Notes: generated by a model from the letters alone, not told the origin. Counted from the first letter of the stretch, positions 9,224 to 19,209 are shown. The stretch: DNA of 46,360 nt from Candidatus Thorarchaeota archaeon (GCA_048882485.1 JBHLRP010000026.1:1-46360); one strand, 5' to 3'. Program-made: numbers and translations.

Positions 9224-9757
9224 GTGGAAACGGATGTGACCGATCTGAGAATACAGGATGACCTTGTCAAATTCATTGCTGATGCCAAGAAGATTGCAGT
9301 ACTAGGGGTTGGTAATGATTTGAGGTCAGACGACGGTCTAGGTCTGGTCATAGTAGATGGACTGAAACACATGCAAGGTCCAAATCTCTTAGTTGAGAAT
9401 GTCGGATCGGTGCCGGAAGCTTTTGCAAGCAATCTAACAGACTTTGGTGCTGAAAAAGTCATCATGGTGGATGCGGCTGATATGCTCAGACTCCCAGGTC
9501 ATATCGAACTCATAACAAAAGATCGAATCGGAGGTATTACAATCAGTACTCACCGGATGCCATTATCGCTTCTGATGCAGTATTTGGAGGACCGAACAGG
9601 TGCACAGACTCTCCTGTTAGGAGTACAACCGAAAAACATAGAGTTCGGTGAGGGTCTTTCCCCTGAAATTCAAACGGTTACTGAGAAGATTATTAGCACC
9701 CTAGAGACTATGCTGAAACAACACTTGAGAGGAGTAAAAGATGGAAAGGACGATTGA
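9224..9757 (+). CDS. hycI: Hydrogenase maturation protease (HycI-like)
   Basis: VLGVGNDLRSDDGLG, VDAAD, STH.MPL, GVQP...FGEGLS. Confidence 0.9.
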   Translation: METDVTDLRIQDDLVKFIADAKKIAVLGVGNDLRSDDGLGLVIVDGLKHMQGPNLLVENVGSVPEAFASNLTDFGAEKVIMVDAADMLRLPGHIELITKDRIGGITISTHRMPLSLLMQYLEDRTGAQTLLLGVQPKNIEFGEGLSPEIQTVTEKIISTLETMLKQHLRGVKDGKDD

Positions 9758-10778
9758 ATGGCTAGATGACACGAACGAGGTCAAACTCATAGATCAAACA
9801 AAGTTGCCACTCGAGAAGTCACATATTGTTACTTCCAGCCATGAACGAATGGCGCGCGTGATCAAGGTAATGGAGATTCGTGGAGCACCAGCCATCGGTG
9901 CGGCTGCTGGGATGGGAATGACGCTTGCAGCTATCGAGAGTAAAGCCAAGACAAAAGAAGAACTTGTGGACTATCTGGAGAAAGCAGCAGTTACACTAAA
10001 CACTCGACCCACTGCAGTGAATCTTACTTGGGCCACAGCCAGGATGTTGAGGGTGGCAAATGAAACCAAAGGCAGTGCAGATGACATAATCAAGAGGTTG
10101 ATAGCAGAGGGCAAAGAGATTGCCGAAGAAGACGTCCGGATGAGCAGAAGTATGGGTGAGCAAGCCCTTTCTGTAATAAAGCCTGGTTTCACTATCCAGA
10201 CCATTTGCAATGCAGGTTCTCTCGCGACTGTACATCTAGGCACAGTCGGTGCAGTAGTCAGAGTGGCTCACGAGAAGTATAATGGTAACATCAAGGTCTA
10301 TGCAGCGGAAACTCGTCCAAGACAACAGGGTGCTAAGCTCACTGTGTTCGAGTTCATGGAGGACAATATCAACACAACTCTCATCACAGACGGAATGATT
10401 GGCACTGTGTTCAGAGAGGGTCGTGTTGACTGCTGTGTGGTTGGTGCTGATCGAATCGTTAGAACGGGTCATGTGATCAACAAGATTGGTACCTACACAA
10501 TGGCAATCACTGCGAAATACCACAATATTCCATTCTATTCCGTAGTGCCCATGTCAACAATTGATTGGGAAACCAATGTTGAGGATGTTGTGATAGAAGA
10601 ACGTGATCCAGATGAGATCAGAATTATCAACGGGCAGTACATCACAGTTCCGGATGCAAAGGTCTACAACCCTGCATTCGATGTGACTCCACCAGAGTTA
10701 GTCACGGCAATAATCACAGACAAGGGTGTCGTTCAGAATCCAACAGAGGAAAAGATGCTAAAACTGAGAGATTTGTAG
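9741..10778 (+). CDS. mtnA: Methylthioribose-1-phosphate isomerase (eIF2B-like family)
   Basis: LIDQTKLP, IRGAPAIG, TRPTAVNL, TICNAGSLATV, ETRP, GADRI, NKIGTY, NPAFDVTP. Confidence 0.9.
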   Translation: MERTIEWLDDTNEVKLIDQTKLPLEKSHIVTSSHERMARVIKVMEIRGAPAIGAAAGMGMTLAAIESKAKTKEELVDYLEKAAVTLNTRPTAVNLTWATARMLRVANETKGSADDIIKRLIAEGKEIAEEDVRMSRSMGEQALSVIKPGFTIQTICNAGSLATVHLGTVGAVVRVAHEKYNGNIKVYAAETRPRQQGAKLTVFEFMEDNINTTLITDGMIGTVFREGRVDCCVVGADRIVRTGHVINKIGTYTMAITAKYHNIPFYSVVPMSTIDWETNVEDVVIEERDPDEIRIINGQYITVPDAKVYNPAFDVTPPELVTAIITDKGVVQNPTEEKMLKLRDL

Positions 10779-10806
10779 CAGCAGGCATGGGGAAGATTTT
10801 GTAGAT

Positions 10807-11682
10807 ATGATTCGCTTGGAATATACTTCATCCGAGAATCGACTAGCCCATTTCAAGATAGATTCAGCTGAAAGAGTACTGGACTTTCGAGAAAATGACA
10901 TAAAATTCGTCGATTTAGCACCTTTGAACACGTGTTCTAAGCTTGAAAAGCTCATTTTTGCACGAAATCAGATGGAATATCTAGATTTGAGTCCCGTAGC
11001 CGAAATCCCATCATTAAGGTGGCTTGATCTCAGTCACAATCAATTGAGGCAAGTGGATCTCTCCCAGCTAGGCAAATGTTCGAATCTGGAACGTTTATCT
11101 CTTTCATATAATCCTCTTGTCCAAATCGACCTTAATTTCCTTGAGCAGTGCTCATCGCTACAAACTCTTAGACTGACCAATACTCTACTCCGAAGTATTG
11201 ATCTGAAACCACTGACCAAATGCTCTGGTCTTGAACAATTATCAGTGGCATTCAATGAACTAGACATGATTGACTTGACACCCATCGCCAACTGCACCGA
11301 ACTACAAATCCTCTCATTAAACAGAAATCGGTTTGCCACCATAGACCTAAATCCCCTCTCCTCATGCGTGAAATTGAAAACACTCAATCTCAGTGACAGC
11401 CAGCTCAAAGAAGTGGAACTCTATCCTTTAGGCGCATGTTTCAATCTATTCTCATTGATTCTGGGCAAAAACCAGCTAAAGGAAGTCGATTTAGCACCCA
11501 TTGGGTCACTTCGGAATCTGCGGGGTCTTGATTTGAGTGAGAATCAATTGAAGAGGGTAGATCTCAGACCGCTCAAGTATTGTAATGATATCGAGATCAA
11601 GCTATATGGAAACCCTCTCCAAAAAACCATTCATCCTAATCCGCCCTGTGCTAGTCTGGTTCTTGATTCACCGCCGAAATGA
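10807..11682 (+). CDS. Leucine-rich repeat protein (~11 repeats of 22 aa)
   Basis: Periodic LxxLxLxxNxLxxIDLxPLxxC. Confidence 0.9.
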   Translation: MIRLEYTSSENRLAHFKIDSAERVLDFRENDIKFVDLAPLNTCSKLEKLIFARNQMEYLDLSPVAEIPSLRWLDLSHNQLRQVDLSQLGKCSNLERLSLSYNPLVQIDLNFLEQCSSLQTLRLTNTLLRSIDLKPLTKCSGLEQLSVAFNELDMIDLTPIANCTELQILSLNRNRFATIDLNPLSSCVKLKTLNLSDSQLKEVELYPLGACFNLFSLILGKNQLKEVDLAPIGSLRNLRGLDLSENQLKRVDLRPLKYCNDIEIKLYGNPLQKTIHPNPPCASLVLDSPPK

Positions 11683-11735
11683 GATATTGCAGGAACTTTA
11701 TCTGTTGAACAGAAACTAAGGCTTCGGAGATTCTG

Positions 11736-12269
11736 ATGGCAAACTATGTCTACATAGCCACGAGTTTGGATGGTTTCATTGCAACGAGTGACGGAGGGCT
11801 CGATTGGCTTGACGAGATTCCTAATCCAGAAGATAGCGACTTCGGGTATGCCGATTTCATGAATGGTATAGATGCAATAGTAATGGGGCGAAAAACATTC
11901 GAGAAAGTCCTGACATTTGATTCTTGGCCGTATGATAGGCCCGTCTATGTCCTGAATAGAAGCAAGGTCAAAGTGCCAAAGGAGTTGAAAGACAAAGCCA
12001 AAACCATCACAGGGAACCCGAAGGAGCTGGTTGATCAGCTGAAAGAGTTAGGACACCAGAATCTGTATATTGATGGTGGCATTACGATTCAGGGCTTTCT
12101 TGAAGAGGATCTAATAGATGAGATGATAGTAACAAGAGTTCCAGTCCTCCTTGGAAACGGCATTCCTCTCTTTGGAAAGCTCAGCAAGAAGCTATATTTC
12201 CGTCATGAGAGGACTGAATCCCTTACCGAGATGCTGACAAAGAGCTACTACAGGCGGGTAAGGGAGTGA
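11736..12269 (+). CDS. Dihydrofolate reductase / RibD C-terminal family protein
   Basis: YIATSLDGFIA, IVMGRKTF, YIDGG, LIDEM...PVLLGNGIPLF. Confidence 0.9.
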   Translation: MANYVYIATSLDGFIATSDGGLDWLDEIPNPEDSDFGYADFMNGIDAIVMGRKTFEKVLTFDSWPYDRPVYVLNRSKVKVPKELKDKAKTITGNPKELVDQLKELGHQNLYIDGGITIQGFLEEDLIDEMIVTRVPVLLGNGIPLFGKLSKKLYFRHERTESLTEMLTKSYYRRVRE

Positions 12270-12351
12270 GCTGCGCCAATACATGGATAGCTTGAGTCAA
12301 GGTCCTGCAATACAGAAGTGCTTAAGAGGAAAATGGAATCGATGATGACTG

Positions 12352-12429
12352 GGGCGCGTAGTCTAGTCTGGATAAGGCACCAGCCTTCGGAGCTGGGTAT
12401 CCCAGGTTCGAATCCTGGCGCGCCCGCCA
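12352..12429 (+). tRNA. tRNA-Arg(TCG), intronless, CCA encoded
   Basis: Acceptor GGGCGCG/CGCGCCC, anticodon arm CCAGC-CTTCGGA-GCTGG, T-loop TTCGAAT, 3' GCCA. Confidence 0.95.
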
Positions 12430-12433
12430 CTGT

Positions 12434-12664
12434 TTATTGCTTTTGGAATTTCTCGCCTACAATTGCTAATAGACCTAAGAGCGCAATGAATCCAGCTGAT
12501 ACTGTCACTATCAAGAAGAATAACCCATCAAGAACCCAAAGAGGTTCTCCTGGGTCTCTTTGGTATACCTCATTTACCAAGTAGTCAAAGCGAAGACCTA
12601 TCAGAATAAACCACGTGAAAAGACTGGCAATGATTGCAAAGAGTCCGAGATGCGATTGTTTCAT
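12434..12664 (-). CDS. Small two-TM membrane protein (76 aa), sole cargo between tRNA-Arg and its 3' repeat
   Basis: Two hydrophobic helices; stop lies 5 nt from the tRNA CCA. Confidence 0.6.
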   Translation of the reverse strand: MKQSHLGLFAIIASLFTWFILIGLRFDYLVNEVYQRDPGEPLWVLDGLFFLIVTVSAGFIALLGLLAIVGEKFQKQ

Positions 12665-12713
12665 GATAAGCGAATCCCTTCTGTCCCAAAGTCATGAACC
12701 CGTTTAGTTCTTT

Positions 12714-12754
12714 GGGCATTCCAAGCTCGAATCCTGGCACGCTCGCCACTGTTT
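12714..12754 (+). repeat. Degenerate direct repeat of the tRNA-Arg(TCG) 3' end (att-like)
   Basis: gggcattccaagctcgaatcctggcacgctcgccactgttt versus gggtatcccaggttcgaatcctggcgcgcccgccactgttt, including the post-CCA ctgttt. Confidence 0.85.
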
Positions 12755-12858
12755 CATGAAGAAAGGGCTTCTTGCTTGGTTAAATGAAGCTACTGCTGAC
12801 ACCGAAGCTGTTATTAATCAATTTAACTATTGTTAATAGGAGCAATGGAGAGGATAAA

Positions 12859-13308
12859 ATGAAAAAGAAGAACTTTGCTCTGATGCTAGGAACAATAGGA
12901 CTGGTCTTAGCATTAGCGGTGCCAATGGTAACAGCGGCACCAGCAGCCCGAGGCGAAGAGGCCATATGGGCTGATGGTACAATCTGGGACACTATAGACA
13001 CAGGAGCGTTTTTCAAAGCCCCGAAGAACCCCAATTCAGTTGATAAGATCTACGTGTTTATGAACCTTAACGGACAAAGACCTGTCGCCGAAGCCGCCCC
13101 TTATGAGAGAGACTACAATGGTGGCCGTTGGTGGGTACAAGCTGTTGTATTCACAGCAGCCGGTCTAGCAGTTCATGATCCCGATAATGACGGTGTTGCG
13201 AACTTTGAACTGACCAGTGATGATGCTGTGCTTCATCATATGGCATTAGGGCATCTAACAATTGCACCCACTGGAATATACTTTGTATGTCCCCTTATCC
13301 GCGCCTAA
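12859..13308 (+). CDS. Secreted hypothetical protein
   Basis: Signal peptide MKKKNFALMLGTIGLVLALAVPMVTA; GGAG upstream; T-rich tract downstream. Confidence 0.75.
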   Translation: MKKKNFALMLGTIGLVLALAVPMVTAAPAARGEEAIWADGTIWDTIDTGAFFKAPKNPNSVDKIYVFMNLNGQRPVAEAAPYERDYNGGRWWVQAVVFTAAGLAVHDPDNDGVANFELTSDDAVLHHMALGHLTIAPTGIYFVCPLIRA

Positions 13309-13334
13309 AGGTTTGAGTAGGAACATCCTACCAA

Positions 13335-13362
13335 ACCCTTCCCCTCTTTTTTTCTTCTTCAT
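13335..13362 (+). terminator. Pyrimidine/oligo-T archaeal terminator-like tract
   Basis: cccttcccctctttttttcttcttc just after the stop at 13308. Confidence 0.45.
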
Positions 13363-13383
13363 TCAAAACTATAGAGGGCTTTC

Positions 13384-13602
13384 CTAGTTCTTGTTCATTT
13401 TCTTGTTCCACACATCAAGGAAGTACTCGAGCGACCTATCATACGTCCGTTCTGCTTCCGGTGGGAAAAGGCAACCTGGCAGCTCCTTATGCTTCCAGTG
13501 ATATTGAAGACAATCACAGCAATACCCCTGTCTAGAACAGCCTGGATAGCTGCATCCACAACGTTCCTTGTTTCTTTCTACATTGCATATTCGGCCCGAC
13601 AT
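13384..13602 (-). CDS. Small Cys-rich protein (DUF6485-like)
   Basis: C...CxCSYPGCSRQGYCCDC..YH....ELPGCLFP..E.TYDRS pattern. Confidence 0.75.
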   Translation of the reverse strand: MSGRICNVERNKERCGCSYPGCSRQGYCCDCLQYHWKHKELPGCLFPPEAERTYDRSLEYFLDVWNKKMNKN

Positions 13603-13634
13603 TGCAATCTCAATTGGTCACGAAGAAGTCGGTG

Positions 13635-15794
13635 TTAAAATCTGTTTGGTGCGGACAGGTCCTCAGAATCAAAAGCAGCTCTGATAGAGTCCAAGGCTTC
13701 TCGTACTTCCACTCTTCTCTTTCCATCCATCACATTTGGATAGTGTTTCGAGTAGTGTTCCAAGCATTTGCCAAGCGCCATCACATATGTATCGAGTTCA
13801 CTCGGCCTCTCCCCGTTCTCAATAAGATGTTCGACCGTCTTCTTGGTGGACCTACTAATCCGTTTCTTGATTTCATTCCACGGCCTTGTTGGAGCAGTTT
13901 TCGAGCGTTTTCTACACACAATGACCATGTCATAGACAATATTCTCCATATCGTGGAGATGAGTCGATGCCCTCATTTCACTCCTGACCGGATAGATTGA
14001 TGTTACATAGAAGCCCGAGTCCAATATAGCTTGCAAGACAGCACCCCAGGCTTCTTCCTTCTTGTGATGGAAAGTGAAAACTAGAACTCCATCTTTCTTT
14101 AAGATTCGATTTGATTCGGAGAACACTTTCGTGAGACCTGTGAGGAACTCCTTCTCCCCCTTCTCCTGTACTCTATTCTGAATGATTTCGTTTTTCCAAG
14201 GGACAAATTCATCCTCGAATTGAGCATATCTATTCTGGAGAGCAATTCTGAGCCAGACATAGAAAAAGTTCGAGAGTTCGGAGTACATGACATTGCCATA
14301 GTAGGGTGGATCCGTCACCACAGCATCTACAATCTCACTCGGCACCCCAATCGATTCAGATGAACCACATTGCAGGAATACCTTCCTTCCCTCATCTAGG
14401 TCGCTATAGCTTTCTGTAATTTCTGTAGATATTGGGAAACCTGATTGAACTTTCACCATAGATTCGTTCTTGATTATCCGCTCAAATGGCTGTCTACAAT
14501 ATTCCTTTCCTTCAATCACAAGGTTGACAAAGGCTGTGAACGCTCCCCTTCCTCTTGGAGTGTCATAGCAATTGGCTTCAACGGGTGCCATTGAGGGGGA
14601 ATAAGAGTGTGTACGGAATATGTCCGTGATGAATCCACGTGTAGCGTTATATTTGGCAAACATATTGTTATACTTCAGAGAGTTCGAAAATGCCAGAACC
14701 AAGAATTCTTTGAGGTCCCAGTCTTTAAGATTCATAATCCACCTGTAGATCTTGCCAAGATTCAGCAACTGTCTCTCATTAAACAGGTCTCTGAATCTTC
14801 TGTAGCCATGGTTTAATGCTCGTCTGGTTTCAACTCCTATTGGGATGAGAGACTCTGGAATAGGGAGTTGCCTCCCGACTTCTGCATATTCATCCTTTGC
14901 CTGTTTTAGAAGTGCCAAATCCGAAGCGTCTGCTCTCTTATAGCCACGACCATTCTTCAAGTTAGGATTTCTACTCCCCTCACATGTCTTGCAGTGAAAC
15001 TCGATTGCATACATCTTCTCCTCAGGTCGCCCGTTAGTCTGAATCCAGTCAACAATGGTCCCAGCACGGCAGTCATTGTCACCACAGTAGTACTTTCTGC
15101 CATCCGTAAAGGATGTAGATTTGGGATTAAACCTCATTTTGCATTCTGGACATGTGACACGATGAGGTGCAGAATTTGTATCAAAAACCATGTAACATTG
15201 AGGACAAATTACTACTCTTCCATCATTTTTGAGAGATTTTGCCAGAATATAGTCCCGCATGAGAGGAATCTCTTTTGCGCAATCGGGACAGGTGACCGTT
15301 TTGTGATAGAAATAGTAGATTCCCTCAGCTTCGTTCCCACATTCGGGACATTTTGTGCGATAATATTGCCTCAGTTCTATTCCCATTTCATTCTCCAGCT
15401 TGAGTACGGCACGACGGAGTTTCTCAGGGTCAATGTCCTCGACTTCTTTCTTCACAATGAACCATGATACAGGGTTGAGGTCTCCAGCTATGACCTTGCA
15501 ACCAAATCTCAGCGCTTCCACCACAGTTGTTCCGCCCCCCATCATGGGGTCAAGAACGAGCTTGCCTGACAGGTCAACTTCTTTGGAGTACAAGTCCCAA
15601 AGAGAGTCTGAACGACTATCACTCAAAGTGTACAGCAAAATTGACCGGAATATTGACCCAAGTCTACGTGCCCACCACTTATGCATAACATATACTGGTC
15701 TATAGTGCCGCCTGCCAAATCCAGTGGACTCCTTCTCCGCTATCCTGTTAATCTCCGCTATCGGGAACCTGATTTCTATTGGCCGCTTTGGCAG
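13635..15794 (-). CDS. DUF1156-type adenine-specific DNA methyltransferase with Zn ribbons; probable CTG start at 15794
   Basis: MHKWWARRLG, DPMMGGGTT (SAM binding), TDPPYY (catalytic) and several CxxC. The frame stays open upstream (FPIAEINRIAEKE) to a CTG preceded by AGGAGG. Confidence 0.88.
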   Translation of the reverse strand: MPKRPIEIRFPIAEINRIAEKESTGFGRRHYRPVYVMHKWWARRLGSIFRSILLYTLSDSRSDSLWDLYSKEVDLSGKLVLDPMMGGGTTVVEALRFGCKVIAGDLNPVSWFIVKKEVEDIDPEKLRRAVLKLENEMGIELRQYYRTKCPECGNEAEGIYYFYHKTVTCPDCAKEIPLMRDYILAKSLKNDGRVVICPQCYMVFDTNSAPHRVTCPECKMRFNPKSTSFTDGRKYYCGDNDCRAGTIVDWIQTNGRPEEKMYAIEFHCKTCEGSRNPNLKNGRGYKRADASDLALLKQAKDEYAEVGRQLPIPESLIPIGVETRRALNHGYRRFRDLFNERQLLNLGKIYRWIMNLKDWDLKEFLVLAFSNSLKYNNMFAKYNATRGFITDIFRTHSYSPSMAPVEANCYDTPRGRGAFTAFVNLVIEGKEYCRQPFERIIKNESMVKVQSGFPISTEITESYSDLDEGRKVFLQCGSSESIGVPSEIVDAVVTDPPYYGNVMYSELSNFFYVWLRIALQNRYAQFEDEFVPWKNEIIQNRVQEKGEKEFLTGLTKVFSESNRILKKDGVLVFTFHHKKEEAWGAVLQAILDSGFYVTSIYPVRSEMRASTHLHDMENIVYDMVIVCRKRSKTAPTRPWNEIKKRISRSTKKTVEHLIENGERPSELDTYVMALGKCLEHYSKHYPNVMDGKRRVEVREALDSIRAAFDSEDLSAPNRF

Positions 15795-15865
15795 GTTGCG
15801 TCCTCCTAGTATCAGTGGTAAAACTGCTGTGCACGGACCCCTTTCAACATTCCGAGAATTCCAAT

Positions 15866-16651
15866 CTACTCGGAAACCTTTCCTACAGGTGCCAGATAGA
15901 CAGTCATCTCTTCTTCTCCATCAACACCAATGACCTCATCCACTGACTTCTGATCATAAGCTGCTATTGCACAAGTCCCAGCACCTATCGCCTCACAAGC
16001 CAGATATAGGTTCTGACAGATGTGACCCGCTTCAATTAAGATGTCCTTGTAGCTGATAATGCTATATCTCCACTCAGTCTTGTAGGGGATTGCAGCCCAC
16101 ACGAAGATGACCGGCGCGTTTCCAATAAAGTCCTGCCACCATGCCTTCCCATTAAGGTCAGACGCATCAGGAAGCTCCTTAGAAAGGACAAGAAGCTTAT
16201 GTTCGATTGGAAGATAGCGATAAACCGCTCTCTCAAGCTCGTCTACCCCATTCACAATGAGATATGTTTCAAAGGGTTGACGTCCCCCTCCCGATGGCAC
16301 AGCACGTTTTGTCCATACATTGTTCTTGTCGATTTCTCGAACGTGCTGCGTCGCCCACAACAGAAATGACAGTTCCCCAAATGAGAGGGACTCATCGGTA
16401 TACACACGCCGACTCCTACGGTTGGTCAGTGCATCGAACAAAGACGCTTTGACAAAACCCCCAAATTCATTGGAACTGACCAAGTCAATCAACTCGGCCG
16501 TTTCATCGTAGGGTTTCTCTAGAGGCGGAGGTGAAACACCGAGTCTTTGGTGAGGCATCCACCAATCTTCAGATGGAACTTCATCATAATCATGTGCCTT
16601 CAGTAATTCTCTTCTCTGTCTGATGACCTCATCATAATCCAAACGTAACAC
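15866..16651 (-). CDS. SagB/ThcOx-type nitroreductase-family flavoprotein
   Basis: RRSRRVY, LSFLLWATQ, RAVPSGGGRQPFETY, EAGHICQNLYL. Confidence 0.88.
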   Translation of the reverse strand: MLRLDYDEVIRQRRELLKAHDYDEVPSEDWWMPHQRLGVSPPPLEKPYDETAELIDLVSSNEFGGFVKASLFDALTNRRSRRVYTDESLSFGELSFLLWATQHVREIDKNNVWTKRAVPSGGGRQPFETYLIVNGVDELERAVYRYLPIEHKLLVLSKELPDASDLNGKAWWQDFIGNAPVIFVWAAIPYKTEWRYSIISYKDILIEAGHICQNLYLACEAIGAGTCAIAAYDQKSVDEVIGVDGEEEMTVYLAPVGKVSE

Positions 16652-16788
16652 CTCAGATAGCCATCTTGTCTGGCCACGGTCAAGTGTGCCATTTGATAAG
16701 AGTCCCTATTCACGTTTATACGTTATACCGCTTTGTCGACTACTGAGTAATCCTTTTATTGAAAGCTGGAAGGAAAACGAACAATAAT

Positions 16789-16895
16789 CGGGACGTAGCT
16801 CAAAAGAGCGTCGTTTCGACGAGCTCTGAGGAATCTGGCAGAGCAATGGACTGTAGATCCATCGGTTGCCGGTTCAAATCCGGCCGTCCCGACCA
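16789..16895 (+). tRNA. tRNA-Tyr(GTA) with ~30-nt D-loop intron (~15/16; 16804..16833), CCA encoded
   Basis: C1-G72 and A73 identity elements, arm ATGGA-CTGTAGA-TCCAT; insert has an AGAGC/GCTCT hairpin and a relaxed BHB. Confidence 0.93.
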
Positions 16896-16970
16896 TCTAC
16901 TTCTTTCAACCACATTGAGGATAGGGCTTTTGCATTTCCTTTGGAAGCCCTAAACAGGCAAACCAGGTTG

Positions 16971-18833
16971 TCAAGCTCTTCTATTTCTAAGCCAAATGAG
17001 TGCACTGACGATAGTAGCTACAACGAAGACTGAAACATACACAATCCACTGTGTCTGAATTCGAAATCCTGCAGAACCGTCGATACCAGATGGGTATCTA
17101 TCAACACTCCCTGCCGAACCTGGAATATTGTACACTCCCACTCCAACATAGTCCCCCCAAAAGTTGCCCATGCCAACTCCATCATCCCACTGATTGTTTG
17201 TTCCATTATCGTGCGCATTGCCTTCAGCATTTCCACTTAGCCTATTGTAATAGATCGTCACATTGCTTGATGACATTCTAATACCATAGCCAGAGTTGTC
17301 GAGTAATGTGTTATTAATCACTAAAGAGTGGTCGCTAGAGGCTAGATAGATGGCGGAGCTCCCACAATTTGTGACATAATTCTCTTCAATCACAAGGCTA
17401 TCAGAGTGATGACTGTAAATTCCTTGATGCTCCACTTCGAATATGCGATTCTTGCTGATAGTTGAGAAACTGCAGCGAAATAGCCAGATTCCTATATACT
17501 TGCCGTGAATTGTATTATTCCTTATCACTGCCTTCGGTGATAAATCAAGATAAATTCCCAGAGAATAGATTCCTAAGGAGCTTCCTTCAATCTCGAAGTT
17601 CTCTACACGACAATCATTGGAGTTGAGCATGCCTATCCTTGAACACCGTCCATTTACTACAGCAGAATTAGAGCAATAGTAGAATTCAATGCTCCTGCGA
17701 AATCCTTCCACTATACTATTTCTAATCTCAGTGTCACTACAATTAACGAGAATTATCTGCCCTGTCCTCTCAGCCTCAACGGTACTAGATGTTTCACCCA
17801 CAAGATACAGAAGAGGCAGACCATCAATGGTGTTGTTTGAAACTGCATGGGACACCTCATCCAGATGCTGAACATAGGGGAACCTTAAGCTTCCGTCGAT
17901 GAACTGGTTATCAACTATTGTAGCTGCCGTTACATCGTGCATCTCAAGAGAACCAGTTATACTGTTTCCTGAAATCATAGATCTATCCGCATGATGCAGA
18001 GTAATTCCGTTGTCGTTTTCATGTATTTCATTGCCAGTTATCACGAGATCCAGAGAATTGACGACCCTCAGAGCGTCACCAATGTTCTCAATGATTCTAT
18101 TTTCAGAAACAACACAACCATTTCCACTACCAATTATGATTCCTCCGCCAATTGGTGCATATTCCTGCAGAGGTCTCAGTCCCGACGGATTAATAGCTGC
18201 AATTCTATTCATCGATGTAATTACCGTCGTTACTGCCAGCAGGTATCCATTTCCCTTTACTACATTCCGACTCAACACACAATTGTCAGAAACTGCGAAA
18301 CGAACGCCAAATTCACTCTGAATGCCTGGGCTGATAATATTGTTTGAAACGTTGATTAAGTCTGACTCGCTGACATAAATCAATGCGTCAGCTAAGCTCT
18401 CTGGAGAGATTGTATTGTTCAATATTATGCAGTCATGACTCCATTCTAAATCTACTATGCCAAACACCAGGCTGTCTTCTAAGTCCCCATTTACAACATT
18501 AGAAAATCTTACCGAACCGCTCAATCTGCAGTTCTTCATTACAAAATGGGCATCTGTGTTCTCCACACTAATACAATAGTCATAACCGCTTTCTTCAATG
18601 CTCAGATTCTCTATCACATAGGGATTCACTCTAGTTCCACTGCCGGGCCAACCCTGCGCAACGAAATCCTGATTGTCGGTAATACTGATTGGACCATGGG
18701 GAATATACCCGTCAGATCGTACTGAGGAAAAGAATGGATAAAGCACATTTAGATAAAGCATCGTAGCTAGTAAAGCAGCAATAACAAGACAGAGAATCTG
18801 ACGAGATCTTTCCAATAGACCAAACACTCCCAA
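16971..18833 (-). CDS. NosD/CASH parallel beta-helix cell-surface protein with N- and C-terminal TM helices
   Basis: GWPGSGT..NPYVIEN, many Asn-ladder repeats, NQWDDG..GNFWGDY...DRYP. Confidence 0.85.
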   Translation of the reverse strand: MGVFGLLERSRQILCLVIAALLATMLYLNVLYPFFSSVRSDGYIPHGPISITDNQDFVAQGWPGSGTRVNPYVIENLSIEESGYDYCISVENTDAHFVMKNCRLSGSVRFSNVVNGDLEDSLVFGIVDLEWSHDCIILNNTISPESLADALIYVSESDLINVSNNIISPGIQSEFGVRFAVSDNCVLSRNVVKGNGYLLAVTTVITSMNRIAAINPSGLRPLQEYAPIGGGIIIGSGNGCVVSENRIIENIGDALRVVNSLDLVITGNEIHENDNGITLHHADRSMISGNSITGSLEMHDVTAATIVDNQFIDGSLRFPYVQHLDEVSHAVSNNTIDGLPLLYLVGETSSTVEAERTGQIILVNCSDTEIRNSIVEGFRRSIEFYYCSNSAVVNGRCSRIGMLNSNDCRVENFEIEGSSLGIYSLGIYLDLSPKAVIRNNTIHGKYIGIWLFRCSFSTISKNRIFEVEHQGIYSHHSDSLVIEENYVTNCGSSAIYLASSDHSLVINNTLLDNSGYGIRMSSSNVTIYYNRLSGNAEGNAHDNGTNNQWDDGVGMGNFWGDYVGVGVYNIPGSAGSVDRYPSGIDGSAGFRIQTQWIVYVSVFVVATIVSALIWLRNRRA

Positions 18834-18949
18834 TAAATGGACAACAGGTATGTACGATTTCTACCTTGGCAAGAACGTCCATATGCTCTCCTTATGATGA
18901 ATAGTGATACTAGTTAGTATAAATCTAATTCTCGAAAAGGCTAATCACA

Positions 18950-18997
18950 GACTGTAGATCCATCGGTTGCCGGTTCAAATCCGGCCGTCCCGACCAT
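18950..18997 (+). repeat. Perfect 48-bp copy of the tRNA-Tyr 3' half (att-like repeat 1)
   Basis: Identical to 16849..16896, starting in the anticodon stem. Confidence 0.95.
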
Positions 18998-19209
18998 TTT
19001 TCATTCTCCATATGAATTTTGCATCGACAATTGCCGATTTTCGCAAATCTAATAAAAGCATCCGCCAAATAGATGTGGAAGAGTGTCATAAATCAGCAGC
19101 GATGAGCGAATATTCCTTGGGCCTTCTAGAACAGATTGGTCCGGCTTTGGGTGTACTTGTTCACCGGGGCCACTGATGAAGTCCAAGATTGCGAGTTGGC
19201 TAATGAGGC

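Noticed and set aside
9145-9465. Long N-terminus of endA in the ORF track
   Set aside because: It overlaps hycI on the opposite strand; EndA-like sequence begins near GTG 9144.
15866-16651. SagB-like dehydrogenase as part of a thiazole/oxazole RiPP cluster
   Set aside because: No YcaO, E1-like protein or convincing precursor nearby; stand-alone SagB-type nitroreductases are common in anaerobes.
16789-16895. Possible tRNA-Pyl or tRNA-Sec because of the odd length and nearby B12 gene
   Set aside because: Anticodon is GTA with C1-G72 and A73 (Tyr); the extra length is a D-loop intron; no pyl or sel genes are visible.
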